Source of the DNA: Kiritimatiellia bacterium
GTDB taxonomy: Bacteria > Verrucomicrobiota > Kiritimatiellia > CAIQIC01 > Lenti-01
Length of the DNA: 64,000 nt
Direction of reading: 5' to 3'
Assembly: GCA_017540905.1 (NCBI GenBank)
Contig: JAFYAC010000029.1
Location: 14,171-78,170, forward strand
In this document: in pieces, positions 14,703 to 23,392 of the stretch
Numbering within the stretch: position 1 is the first letter of the stretch
Layout of the letters: the number at the start of each line of letters is the position of its first letter
Position numbers and translations under genes: made by a program
Notes under the pieces: generated by a model
What the model saw: only the letters and a program-made list of their open reading frames with translations
What the model was told of the DNA's origin: nothing
Database searches by the model: none

Positions 14703-15641
14703 ATGACCGCGAAAAAATCCAAGTGCTGTGGCAACCACGCCAAACTCCCCCTGACCGTCCTGCTGGGCATCGCCCTGGCCGCGGCCGCGGGCTTCGCCTC
14801 CCGCGCCGAACTCGCGTGCGCCGACTGGGCCGCGCTCGCCGCCATCGGCATCGCCGCCGCCCACTTCATCCTCTCCGCGGCCGACGCCATCCGCATCTGC
14901 CTCGCCGTCAAGTCCGGTCCCCTTCCCGACGGCTTCGAGCCCGCCGACCGCGCCGTCGCCGCCGAGCGCGCCGCCGCCCTCGCCGGACGCACCCCTCTCC
15001 ACGCCCGCCTCCGCCATCTCCTGACCGCGTGGGGCTCCGGCGCCACCGGACCGCAGGTCACCGCCATGGCCTCCGCCCAGAACGTGCGCGCCCAGACCGT
15101 CCTCGCCGCCGAGACCGCCGGCATCGTCGCCCTCGCCCTGATCTCCTCCGGCTTCGGCCCCGACCAGGGACTCCTCCAGGCCGGCACCGCGGTCGCCGCC
15201 CTGAACCTCCTCCTCGGCATCGTCCGCTTCCAGCAGACCGCCTGCATCGCCGGCTACATCGAAGGCCGCCTGCTCGCCCGCATCGGCAACGACACCCCGG
15301 CCGCGGCCGCCGCCGACTTCGCCAAGGCCGCCAAGGAAGCCGCCTCCGCCTCCGCCGACACCCTCGCCGCCGCGCAGGAAAAAGCCTCCGCCCGCCTCGC
15401 GCAGGCGCAGGACGCCATCGCCAAGCAGCTCGACCGCATCGCGGGCCTCGCCTCCACCATCGACCAGACCCTGCAGCTCCAGAAGTCCGTCGACGGCACC
15501 CTCAAGGGCGTCACCGCCGCCGAAGAATTCAAGTCCACCCTCCTCGAACTCAAGCGCCATCTCGCCGACTCCGACCAACTCCTCAAGAACGCCGCGCGTC
15601 CCCGCACCCTGCGCCTCGTCGAGAACCCCGGCGAAGACTGA
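14703..15641 (+). CDS. hypothetical membrane protein with C-terminal Ala/Gln-rich coiled coil
   Basis: ORF with several hydrophobic segments (LPLTVLLGIALAAAAGF, WAALAAIGIAAAHFIL, AETAGIVALALISSGF) followed by AAQEKASARLAQAQDAIAKQLDRIAGL. Confidence 0.6.
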   Translation: MTAKKSKCCGNHAKLPLTVLLGIALAAAAGFASRAELACADWAALAAIGIAAAHFILSAADAIRICLAVKSGPLPDGFEPADRAVAAERAAALAGRTPLHARLRHLLTAWGSGATGPQVTAMASAQNVRAQTVLAAETAGIVALALISSGFGPDQGLLQAGTAVAALNLLLGIVRFQQTACIAGYIEGRLLARIGNDTPAAAAADFAKAAKEAASASADTLAAAQEKASARLAQAQDAIAKQLDRIAGLASTIDQTLQLQKSVDGTLKGVTAAEEFKSTLLELKRHLADSDQLLKNAARPRTLRLVENPGED

Positions 15642-15651
15642 TTCCCTTCCC

Positions 15652-16449
15652 ATGGAAGCCCCTTCCCACCCGGCGGCGGAGCCCACTCCGCCGCCGTTTG
15701 TTTCCCCCGCCAAGCCCCTAGGTTCTCTAGGTTCTCTAGACAATCTAGGATCTCTAGACCATCCAGAGCCCTTGCCCCCCGGCCTCTACCTCGTCGGCAC
15801 CCCCATCGGCAACCTCGAAGACATCACCCTGCGCGCCCTCCGCGTCCTGCGCACGGCCACCTGCATCCTGGCCGAAGACACCCGCCACACCCGCCCGCTC
15901 CTCGACCGCTACGCCATCCACACCCCGCTCCTCTCCCTCCACAAATGGAACGAGCGCGCCCGCGAGTCCGAAATCCTCGCCCGCATCCAATCCGGCCAAT
16001 CCCTGGCGCTCGTCACCGACGCCGGGATGCCCGGCATCTCCGATCCCGGCGCCCGTACCGCCGCCGCCGTGCGCGACGCGGGGCTGCCCGTGACCGTCAT
16101 CCCCGGCCCGAGCGCCGTCACCTCCGCCATCGCCCTCTGCGGATGCAGCAGCACCCCGGCCTTCCGCTTCGAAGGCTTCCTCGACCACAAGACCGCGACC
16201 CGCCGCCGCCGTCTCCGCGAACTCGCGGACGAACCCTGCCCCATCGTCTTCTACGAATCCACCCACCGCATCCTGAAACTCCTCGACGAAGTCGAAGAAG
16301 AGCTCGGGCCCGGCCGCCGCCTTTTCATCGCCCGCGAACTCACGAAGAAATTCGAAGAAACCCTCCTCGCCCCTCCCCCCGCCCTCCTCGCCCACTACAA
16401 AACCCACTCCCTCAAGGGCGAATTCACCGTCATCCTCCTCCCCGCCTGA
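15652..16449 (+). CDS. rsmI: 16S rRNA (cytidine1402-2'-O)-methyltransferase
   Basis: LYLVGTPIGNLEDITLRALRVLRTATCILAEDTRHTRPLL...VTDAGMPGISDPG. The true start may be the TTG at 15772, because the first 40 codons include a 9-nt CTAG tandem repeat. Confidence 0.85.
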   Translation: MEAPSHPAAEPTPPPFVSPAKPLGSLGSLDNLGSLDHPEPLPPGLYLVGTPIGNLEDITLRALRVLRTATCILAEDTRHTRPLLDRYAIHTPLLSLHKWNERARESEILARIQSGQSLALVTDAGMPGISDPGARTAAAVRDAGLPVTVIPGPSAVTSAIALCGCSSTPAFRFEGFLDHKTATRRRRLRELADEPCPIVFYESTHRILKLLDEVEEELGPGRRLFIARELTKKFEETLLAPPPALLAHYKTHSLKGEFTVILLPA

Positions 16450-16482
16450 CGCACAGCGCCCACCTCCCCCACCCCGCCGCCC

Positions 16483-18012
16483 ATGCCCGACATCCTCCGC
16501 TTCGAGAACGTCTCCTACGCCTGGCCCGGCATGGTCGCCCCGCTGCTGGAGCACCTGACCGTGCAGTTCGACCGCGGCTGGACGGGCATCGTCGGCGCGA
16601 ACGGCTGCGGCAAGACGACTCTCCTGCGCCTCGCCTCCGGCGAACTCGCCCCCTCCGACGGCACCGTCGCCCGCCCCGCCTCCTGCCTGTACGTTGTCCA
16701 GCGCACCGACGATCCCCCCGAAGGGCTCGACGCCTTCTTCGCGGCCGACGACGCGCACGCCTGGCAGGTCCGCGCCGACCTCGACATCGGCGACGACTGG
16801 GACGCCCGCTGGGACACCCTTTCCCACGGCGAACGCAAGCGCCTGCAAATCGCGATCGCCCTCTGGCGCGCCCCCGGACTCCTCGCCCTCGACGAACCCA
16901 CCAACCACCTCGACGCCGCCGCCCGCGCCACCCTCCTCGCCGCCCTCCGCCGCTACCCCGGCACCGGCCTCCTCGTCAACCACGACCGCGCCCTCCTCGA
17001 CGACCTCTGCGCCAAATGCCTCTTCATGACGCCCCCGACCGCCACCCTCCGTCCCGGCGGCGTCACGCAGGGCATGGAACAGGACCGCCGCGAACAGACC
17101 GCCGCCCGCTCGCGGGATGACGCCGCGAAGCACGCCGCCGCCCGCCTCCGCGCCGCCGCCCAGGAGCGGCGCGAGGAAGGCGAACGCATGGCCGCCCGCA
17201 CCAAGGCCCTCACCCGCAACGCCAAGCGCAACCCCCACGACCACGACGGCAAGGAAGTGCGACGCCTCGCCAAACTAACCGGCAAGGACGCCTGGGCCGG
17301 CCAGCAGTCCGCCGCGCTCGCCAAGCGCGCGGCAAAGGCCCAGTCCACCCGCGCCTCCATCACCGTGCGCAAGGAATACGCGACCGGGTTCTGGCTCGAC
17401 GACGCCGACGTATCCCGCCGCAACGCCCTCCTCCGCATCCCCGCCGCCGAAATCCCCCTCTCCCCCGGACGCCGCCTCGCCCACCCCGCCCTCGAGATCG
17501 CCCCCACCGACCGCATCGCCCTCACCGGCCCCAACGGCGCCGGCAAAAGCACCCTCCTGCGCGCCATCCTACCGCACCTCAACGTGCCGGCGGAGCACCT
17601 CATCCACATCCCGCAGGAAATCACCGCCGCCGAATCCGTGCGCATCCTGGCCGACGCCAAGCGCCTCCCCGACGCCGTCCTCGGCGACGTCATGCGCCGC
17701 TACTCCCGGCTCGGCTCCCGTCCCGGCCGCCTCCTCGAATCCGCGCAACCCTCCCCCGGCGAAGTCCGAAAACTCCTCCTCGCGCTGGGCATCGCGCGCG
17801 GACCGCACCTCATCGTGATGGACGAACCCACCAACCACCTCGACCTCCCCGGCATCCTTTGCCTCGAAGACGCCCTGGCCGCCGCCCCCTGCGCGATGCT
17901 CCTCGTCAGCCACGACGACCGCTTCCTCTCCCGCCTCGCCCGCAAACGCTGGCACATCCAGGACACCTCCCCCGCCCTCGCCACCCTCTCCGTCCGCCAC
18001 TCCTACCCCTGA
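16483..18012 (+). CDS. ABC-F family ATPase (two nucleotide-binding domains, no membrane domain)
   Basis: Two Walker A motifs and two signature regions (GANGCGKTT ... SHGERKRLQIAIAL ... LDEPTNHLD; GPNGAGKST ... SPGEVRKLLLALG ... MDEPTNHLD) separated by a charged linker. Confidence 0.85.
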   Translation: MPDILRFENVSYAWPGMVAPLLEHLTVQFDRGWTGIVGANGCGKTTLLRLASGELAPSDGTVARPASCLYVVQRTDDPPEGLDAFFAADDAHAWQVRADLDIGDDWDARWDTLSHGERKRLQIAIALWRAPGLLALDEPTNHLDAAARATLLAALRRYPGTGLLVNHDRALLDDLCAKCLFMTPPTATLRPGGVTQGMEQDRREQTAARSRDDAAKHAAARLRAAAQERREEGERMAARTKALTRNAKRNPHDHDGKEVRRLAKLTGKDAWAGQQSAALAKRAAKAQSTRASITVRKEYATGFWLDDADVSRRNALLRIPAAEIPLSPGRRLAHPALEIAPTDRIALTGPNGAGKSTLLRAILPHLNVPAEHLIHIPQEITAAESVRILADAKRLPDAVLGDVMRRYSRLGSRPGRLLESAQPSPGEVRKLLLALGIARGPHLIVMDEPTNHLDLPGILCLEDALAAAPCAMLLVSHDDRFLSRLARKRWHIQDTSPALATLSVRHSYP

Positions 18013-18040
18013 CCGTCCCGCGCGCGGCCGTATCCGTTTT

Positions 18041-18334
18041 GGGAGGGCCGCGCTCTGTCGCGGCCGAGCGAACGGTGTGTCCCTATCATGTCCGTGAAGC
18101 GTCCTGTGGAGACGGCCCGGACGGAAGCCGGGCCCTCCCCTGATGCGGTCACACCATTGTTGCACCCGCCCACGGCGTTGCCGTCTTTTCCACCACGGAC
18201 GCGCGGAAGCGCGTCCCTCCCGCTACGCTCTCCACGGGGAAGGCCGCGCTTCGTCGCGGCCGCGCGGACGGGATGTTCCTGGCACGTCCCTGAAGTGCCC
18301 TGAGGCGACGGCCCGGACGAAGCCGGGCCCTCCC
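18041..18334 (+). repeat. GC-rich composite hairpin repeat (family R1), two adjacent copies
   Basis: GGGAGGGCCGCGC-TNTGT-CGCGGCC ... GGCCCGGACGAAGCCGGGCCCTCCC. The same unit occurs at 26129-26236 (inverted) and at 41423-41655. Confidence 0.75.
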
Positions 18335-18463
18335 GAGACAAAGTTTTCCCCCTCATGAAACCGCGTTTCCCATGCCCCGTGCACGAACTCCTTTTTCCCG
18401 AATGCCGGTCAGACAAGCTCCGCCCACCCATGGGACAAGCCCGCCCGCTCTCCTTTCTCCTAT

Positions 18464-18661
18464 GCCTGCGGTGCAAAACACGGAGCGCGCGGAGAAAGGA
18501 GTCCCGGGAAGTTTCACGGGGGGAACTTCGCACTTCCAAAAACGTCCCGCCCAAGCGTTTGTCCAGCGTTTTCGGGTGCGAAGTCTCCTCCAACAAACGC
18601 TCTCTCCAAAAACTCTCCGTGTCTCCGTGCCTCCGTTCCCTCCGTGTCTCGCGCCGCAGGC
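18464..18661. repeat. MITE-like unit with ~22-bp terminal inverted repeats (family R2)
   Basis: GCCTGCGGTGCAAAACACGGAG (18464-18485) against the reverse complement of 18640-18661 (GCCTGCGGCGCGAGACACGGAG), 18/22 identical. A third terminal copy is at 37622-37651. Confidence 0.5.
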
Positions 18662-18727
18662 CCCTCCCTCAAGGGATACTCCTTGTCTGATCGGCATTCT
18701 CCTTTTTCCCCCCGTGCCCCCGCCCCA

Positions 18728-20503
18728 TCAAAACGCTTCCACGGCCTCGTCCGGCGCCGGCTCCCAGCCTTCGTCCCCGGGCGCGCTCACGTAGCGGAGC
18801 GTGTCCTCCGCGTCGCCGGGACGGATGTCGAGGTAGTGGATGACGGGTTCGGCGATGAAGCGGAACACGGGCGCGGCGCTCACGCCGCCGGTGCGCAGCG
18901 GGTGCGGGTTGTCCAGCACCACGATGATGCCGATCTGCGGCTTGTCCGCGGGGATCAGCCCCATGAACGAGGCCATGTTCTTGGTCTTGCTGTAGTGGCC
19001 GTTCTCGAGCTTTTCGGCGCTGCCCGTCTTGCCGGCGATCGCGTAGCCGTCGATGGCCGCCCGCGTCCCGGTCCCGCCCGGCTGCGTCACCGACACCAGC
19101 ATCTCCCGCATCAGCCGCGCCGTGCGCTCGGTGATCGGCCGCGAGACGGACTTCGGCCGGTGTTCCTCGATGACGGTGCCGTTGGCGTCGACGATCTTCG
19201 AGACGATGTACGGGCGCATCAGCACCCCGTCGTTGCCGATGCAGCAGAGGGCGTTGAGGATTTGCAGCGCCGTCACCGCGACGGTGTGCCCCATCGCGAT
19301 GCGGGTGATGTCCAGCCCGCTCCAGCGGTTCACGGGCGCCAGCAGGCCGCCTTCCTCGCCGGGCAGCTCGATGCCGGTCTTCCGGCCGATCCCGAACGCG
19401 CGCAGGTAGGAATCCAGCTTGCGCTCGCCGACCTGCACCGCGATCTTCGCCGCGCCGACGTTCGAGGACTTGCGCAGGATGCCCGTGACGTCGAGCTCGC
19501 CGTACGGGTGGAAATCCTTCAGCGGCCGCCCCAGATACGTCCACCGCCCCATCTCGCAGTCGAACACGGTGTTGCTCGCGACCAGCCCTTCGTTGATGGC
19601 GGCGGCCACCGTCAGGGTCTTGAACACGGACCCCGGCTCGTAGTTGACGGCGATGGCCCGGTTGCGCCGCTGCTCGGCCGTGCTCTTCGGGAAGGCGTTG
19701 GGGTCGTAGCACGGTCGGCACGCCATCGCGAGGATCTGGCCCGTGCGGACGTCCTCGACGACGGTCCACGCCGCGTCGCAGTGGAACTCCTCCAGCGCGT
19801 GGTCCATGCCGCGTTCGGCGAAGTGCTGGATGTTCTGGTCGAGGGTCAGGTGGATGTCCGCGCCGGCCTCGGGCAGCACTTCGAGCAAGCGCCGGCCGTA
19901 GATTTCGCGGCGCAGCCCGTCCCGCTGGCTCTTGCGCAGCCCGGCGCGCCCATGGAGCATGTCGTCGAACCGCTGCTCCACCCCCGCGCTCCCCACCCCC
20001 TCGGCGTTGGAGAACCCGATGACGTGGCACGCCTCGGCCCCCAACGGATAGTACCGCACCTCGGACGGGCGCGAGAACACCCCCTTCATCTGCAAGCGCA
20101 TCACCGCCGCCGCCTGGGCCTCGCCAAGCTTGCGGGCCACCGGCTCGTCGCGCCGCCCCGGCTTCTTCGCCCGCGCGAGGATTTCGCCGCGCGGCACGCC
20201 CAGCAGGCGCGAGAGGTGCATGGAGACCGCGTTCACGACCTTGTTGCTCTGCAGCACCTGCGGGTCGATGTGGATGTCCACCGTCGGCAGGTCCTGCGCC
20301 AGCAGGTTGCCGCGCCGGTCGTAGATGCGCCCGCGCTGCGACCCCAGCTCCATGTCGAGCTGGTGCAGCCGCTCGGCCTTGGCCTTCAGCGAGGTGTTGG
20401 GCCCCAGGTGCAGCCACCCCAGCCGCACGAACAGCCCCATCCAGACCAGCACCACGGCCAGCGAGATCAGGATGCTCTTCCACCTGTAGCCGTTGTCGGT
20501 CAT
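18728..20503 (-). CDS. ftsI: peptidoglycan D,D-transpeptidase (class B PBP, FtsI-type)
   Basis: Has an N-terminal TM segment, GSVFKTLT (SxxK), SSN and KTGS motifs. Its position after ftsL in the dcw cluster supports the call. Confidence 0.9.
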   Translation of the reverse strand: MTDNGYRWKSILISLAVVLVWMGLFVRLGWLHLGPNTSLKAKAERLHQLDMELGSQRGRIYDRRGNLLAQDLPTVDIHIDPQVLQSNKVVNAVSMHLSRLLGVPRGEILARAKKPGRRDEPVARKLGEAQAAAVMRLQMKGVFSRPSEVRYYPLGAEACHVIGFSNAEGVGSAGVEQRFDDMLHGRAGLRKSQRDGLRREIYGRRLLEVLPEAGADIHLTLDQNIQHFAERGMDHALEEFHCDAAWTVVEDVRTGQILAMACRPCYDPNAFPKSTAEQRRNRAIAVNYEPGSVFKTLTVAAAINEGLVASNTVFDCEMGRWTYLGRPLKDFHPYGELDVTGILRKSSNVGAAKIAVQVGERKLDSYLRAFGIGRKTGIELPGEEGGLLAPVNRWSGLDITRIAMGHTVAVTALQILNALCCIGNDGVLMRPYIVSKIVDANGTVIEEHRPKSVSRPITERTARLMREMLVSVTQPGGTGTRAAIDGYAIAGKTGSAEKLENGHYSKTKNMASFMGLIPADKPQIGIIVVLDNPHPLRTGGVSAAPVFRFIAEPVIHYLDIRPGDAEDTLRYVSAPGDEGWEPAPDEAVEAF

Positions 20504-20533
20504 GGGGTTGGCCTCCCCGTTCCCCCGCCCGCG

Positions 20534-20881
20534 TCAGCGGGCCTGGGCGTATTCCACGGCCTCGTCCGGTTTCTCCACGTGCAGCCGGATGATGTCCTTT
20601 TCCTGCGGCCAGTCCATCTGGATCCCGTACTGCGCCATCAGCAGCTCCATGTTGCGGAACGACCGGGCCTGCGCCCAGTTCTGCTCCTCGGTGGCCACCT
20701 GCTTGAGCAGGTCGGCCTTCTCCTGCTCGGCCGCCTTGATCTGCCGGCCCAGCTCCTCGCAGTTGTTCGCGATGCCCAGGTACAGCAGCACCAGCACCAG
20801 CGCCACCACGCCCAGCACCGCGCCGCGCAGCATCGCCGTCCCTCCGCCCTTCACGTGGTTACGCCTGTTCTTGTTCGCCAT
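20534..20881 (-). CDS. ftsL: cell division protein FtsL-like
   Basis: 115 aa with a single TM segment (AVLGVVALVLVLLYLGI) followed by a coiled coil. It lies between rsmH and ftsI. Confidence 0.6.
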   Translation of the reverse strand: MANKNRRNHVKGGGTAMLRGAVLGVVALVLVLLYLGIANNCEELGRQIKAAEQEKADLLKQVATEEQNWAQARSFRNMELLMAQYGIQMDWPQEKDIIRLHVEKPDEAVEYAQAR

Positions 20882-21836
20882 TTCGTTCCGTCCTTTCGAT
20901 CACCCGCAGCTTCGCCGACCGCGCGCGCGGGTTCCGCGCGGCCTCCTCCTCCCCCGCCGCGACCGCCCGGCGGTCGGTCCGCCGCCCCCGCGGCAGCTGC
21001 CCGCACCAGCGCTCGCCGCCCATCGGCAGCGACTCCATGCGGCCCTCGTGGGCCGCCATGAAATGTTTCACCCGGCGGTCTTCCAGGCTGTGGAAGCTGA
21101 TGACCGCCAGCCTTCCCCCCGGCGCCAGCAGGTCCAGCGCCGCCGGCAGCGCCCGGTCCAGCGCCGCCAGCTCGCCGTTGACCGCGATGCGCAGCGCCTG
21201 GAACGTTTGCGTCGCCGGATGGATGCGCCCGCGGCGCCCGCCCTTCGCGCGCGAAACCAGCTCCGCCAGCTCCCCCGTCGTCGTGGGGAGCCGCCCCTCC
21301 GACCGCGCTTCCGCGATGGCCTTCGCCAGGCGCCGCGCCGCCGGCTCCTCGCCGTATTCGCGGATAATCCGTGCCAGCTCCGCCTCGTCCAGCCGCGCCA
21401 GCAGCGTCGCCGCCGTCTCCCCCTGCCGGTCGTCCATGCGCATGTCCAGCGGACCGTCCTTCATGAACCCGAACCCCCGCTCCGGCCGGTCCAGCTGCAT
21501 GCTCGAAACCCCCAAATCCAGCAAAATCCCCGCCACCGAGCCGATGCCCATCCTGCGCGCCACTTCCGCCATCCCCGAAAACTCCGCGCGCACCACCACG
21601 GCGCGATCGCCGAAGCGCTCCAGGCGCTTCTTCGCCAGCTCCACCGCGTCCCCGTCCCGGTCCAGCGCCAGCAGCCGCGCCCCTTCCCCCGCCGCGTCCA
21701 AAATGGCCTCCGAATGCCCGCCCGCGCCCGCCGTCCCGTCGATGTACCACGTCCCCGGCGCCACGGGCCCCCGCGGCACCAGGCGCTCCACCGTCTCGCG
21801 CAGAAGGACCGGAATGTGCGGCGCCGGCGACTCCAC
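20859..21836 (-). CDS. rsmH: 16S rRNA (cytosine1402-N4)-methyltransferase
   Basis: Same frame as ORF 20859..22397. HIPVLLRETVERL...YIDGTAGAGGHSEAIL...DLGVSSMQLD...ISFHSLEDRRVK. A GVESPAPHIPVL-type start, the GTG at 21836, was chosen because no ATG lies nearby. Confidence 0.85.
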   Translation of the reverse strand: MESPAPHIPVLLRETVERLVPRGPVAPGTWYIDGTAGAGGHSEAILDAAGEGARLLALDRDGDAVELAKKRLERFGDRAVVVRAEFSGMAEVARRMGIGSVAGILLDLGVSSMQLDRPERGFGFMKDGPLDMRMDDRQGETAATLLARLDEAELARIIREYGEEPAARRLAKAIAEARSEGRLPTTTGELAELVSRAKGGRRGRIHPATQTFQALRIAVNGELAALDRALPAALDLLAPGGRLAVISFHSLEDRRVKHFMAAHEGRMESLPMGGERWCGQLPRGRRTDRRAVAAGEEEAARNPRARSAKLRVIERTERNGEQEQA

Positions 21837-21856
21837 GATGGCCTCCCCCCGCCCCC

Positions 21857-22540
21857 TCAGACGAACCAGACCTGGCCGCGCTGGGTGCGCAGCTCGCGCT
21901 GGTTCAGGCGGATGCCGCCGCGGTCGTCTTCCACCACCGCCGCGGCCCCTTCGAACAACTGGAAATGCGGCCGGAGAGCACGCAGGGGAACGGAAAACCT
22001 GCGTGTCTCCTCCGGGCCGCTGAGAATCGACTGGCTCATCACCAAATGCCGCGCGATCGACCGGCTCGCCGCCACCGCCGCCGCCGGGGCCGCCGCGACG
22101 GCCACCGCCCGCGCCTTCGGCACCGCCATGTCCAGCGTCGACGCGCGCGTGACCGTGATCCCCACGATCTTCCCGTTCACCCGCGACTGCGCCGACACCA
22201 CGGTGTTCGGCACCGTGCGGGGGACCACCTTGCGCGCCGGCTGCCTCACCTCCGCCCGCCCTGCCCCGCCCTCCGGCAGCGTCACCGCCACCTGTCCCTC
22301 GTCGTCGAACAGCCGCGCCTGCTCCCCCAGCACCATCGGCAACGCGTCCGCGCCGCCGCCGGCCTCCGTCTCCCCCTCGTCGTCCTCCCGGTCCCACCAG
22401 CGTTCCGACGCCGCGCGCCGGCGCGGAGCCGCCTCCCCGCCGATGCCCAGGAAAAACCGCCCAAGACCGTCTAGAATCCGATGGATGCCGCGGCTTCCGC
22501 GAAAGATTGTGGATCGAGTTGCGAATTCTGCCTGTTCCAT
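21857..22540 (-). CDS. hypothetical protein inserted between mraZ and rsmH (start uncertain)
   Basis: Same frame as ORF 21857..22993. GC3 is strongly G/C from about 22470 down to the stop. The ATGs at 22540 and 22555 overlap the mraZ 3' end, so the true start may lie further downstream. Confidence 0.45.
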   Translation of the reverse strand: MEQAEFATRSTIFRGSRGIHRILDGLGRFFLGIGGEAAPRRRAASERWWDREDDEGETEAGGGADALPMVLGEQARLFDDEGQVAVTLPEGGAGRAEVRQPARKVVPRTVPNTVVSAQSRVNGKIVGITVTRASTLDMAVPKARAVAVAAAPAAAVAASRSIARHLVMSQSILSGPEETRRFSVPLRALRPHFQLFEGAAAVVEDDRGGIRLNQRELRTQRGQVWFV

Positions 22541-22914
22541 TGCTCCGGACTCCATAGTTCGAACCGGCCGCCCACGCCCACCAGCTCCACCTGCCCCGTG
22601 ATCCCCGCGTACTCCAGCAGCCGGTCGCTCACCCGGATGCGGCCCGCGGAATCGATTTCCAGGCGGTCCGCGCAGGAGAAGATGCTGCGGATGAATTGCT
22701 GGGCCTTCGCGTTGGCGACGGAAATCGACCGAATCTTGTCCAGCCGGGCCTTCATGTCGCGCGCCGTGAAGACGTAGAGGCAGGGCTGGTCCACGCCCTT
22801 GAGCACGAACACGGGCATGCCGCCCGTGGCTTCGCGCCACTCCGCAGGGATGGTCAGCCGCTTTTTGCCGTCCAGCGAGTGGGTATGGCTGCCGACGAAC
22901 GCGCCCGCGTTCAA
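22471..22914 (-). CDS. mraZ: transcriptional regulator MraZ
   Basis: AFVGSHTHSLDGKKRLTIPAEWR ... LEIDSAGRIRVSDRLLEYAGI shows the two SpoVT/AbrB-like halves. The TTG at 22914 was chosen because there is no ATG near the conserved FxG N-terminus. Confidence 0.8.
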   Translation of the reverse strand: MNAGAFVGSHTHSLDGKKRLTIPAEWREATGGMPVFVLKGVDQPCLYVFTARDMKARLDKIRSISVANAKAQQFIRSIFSCADRLEIDSAGRIRVSDRLLEYAGITGQVELVGVGGRFELWSPEQWNRQNSQLDPQSFAEAAASIGF

Positions 22915-22945
22915 CAGCTCGTCCAATTCGAATGTGTCTTGGGTT

Positions 22946-23000
22946 CCCACTTTGCTTTCCTGACGCCCCACTTTCTCCCACTTTCCCCCACACTTGTCAA
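22946..23000 (-). promoter_or_regulatory. putative Pmra region: TTGACA followed by four phased (A)AAGTGGG MraZ-box-like repeats
   Basis: The minus strand reads TTGACAAGTGTGGGGGAAAGTGGGAGAAAGTGGGGCG..GCAAAGTGGGAAC. GTGGG occurs at 22991-22987, 22981-22977, 22971-22967 and 22950-22946, giving spacings of 10, 10 and 21 nt. Confidence 0.5.
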
Positions 23001-23392
23001 TAGGCGATTCGCCGTTTTGTAATTTTTTTCCTATTCCTTCCCCCGCAACCACTTGCGGCCCCACCATTTTCCGCCTCCCCCCAAAAGCTCCACAACTTAT
23101 CAACAGCCCCCCGCCCCCCCTGTGCATTCCCTCCCCCGCCCCCACCCTTTCACCCCTCCCCATTCTTTGAGATTATGGAAAAATATGCGTTTTCCAAACC
23201 TTTTCCACCATCTTTCCCACCATGAATACCCCGCACTTTTCCCCCTCCCTCCGCCCCCCCACCATCCCCTTGCCCCACCCCCCTGTCGTGCCCGGCACCC
23301 CTTCGCCACCCCCGCCACCCAACGCCCCCCTCTTCCCCCCAGCCCAGCCCCCCCCTCGGTAGCCGATCCCCCCATTCATGGGGGGCCTCTTC

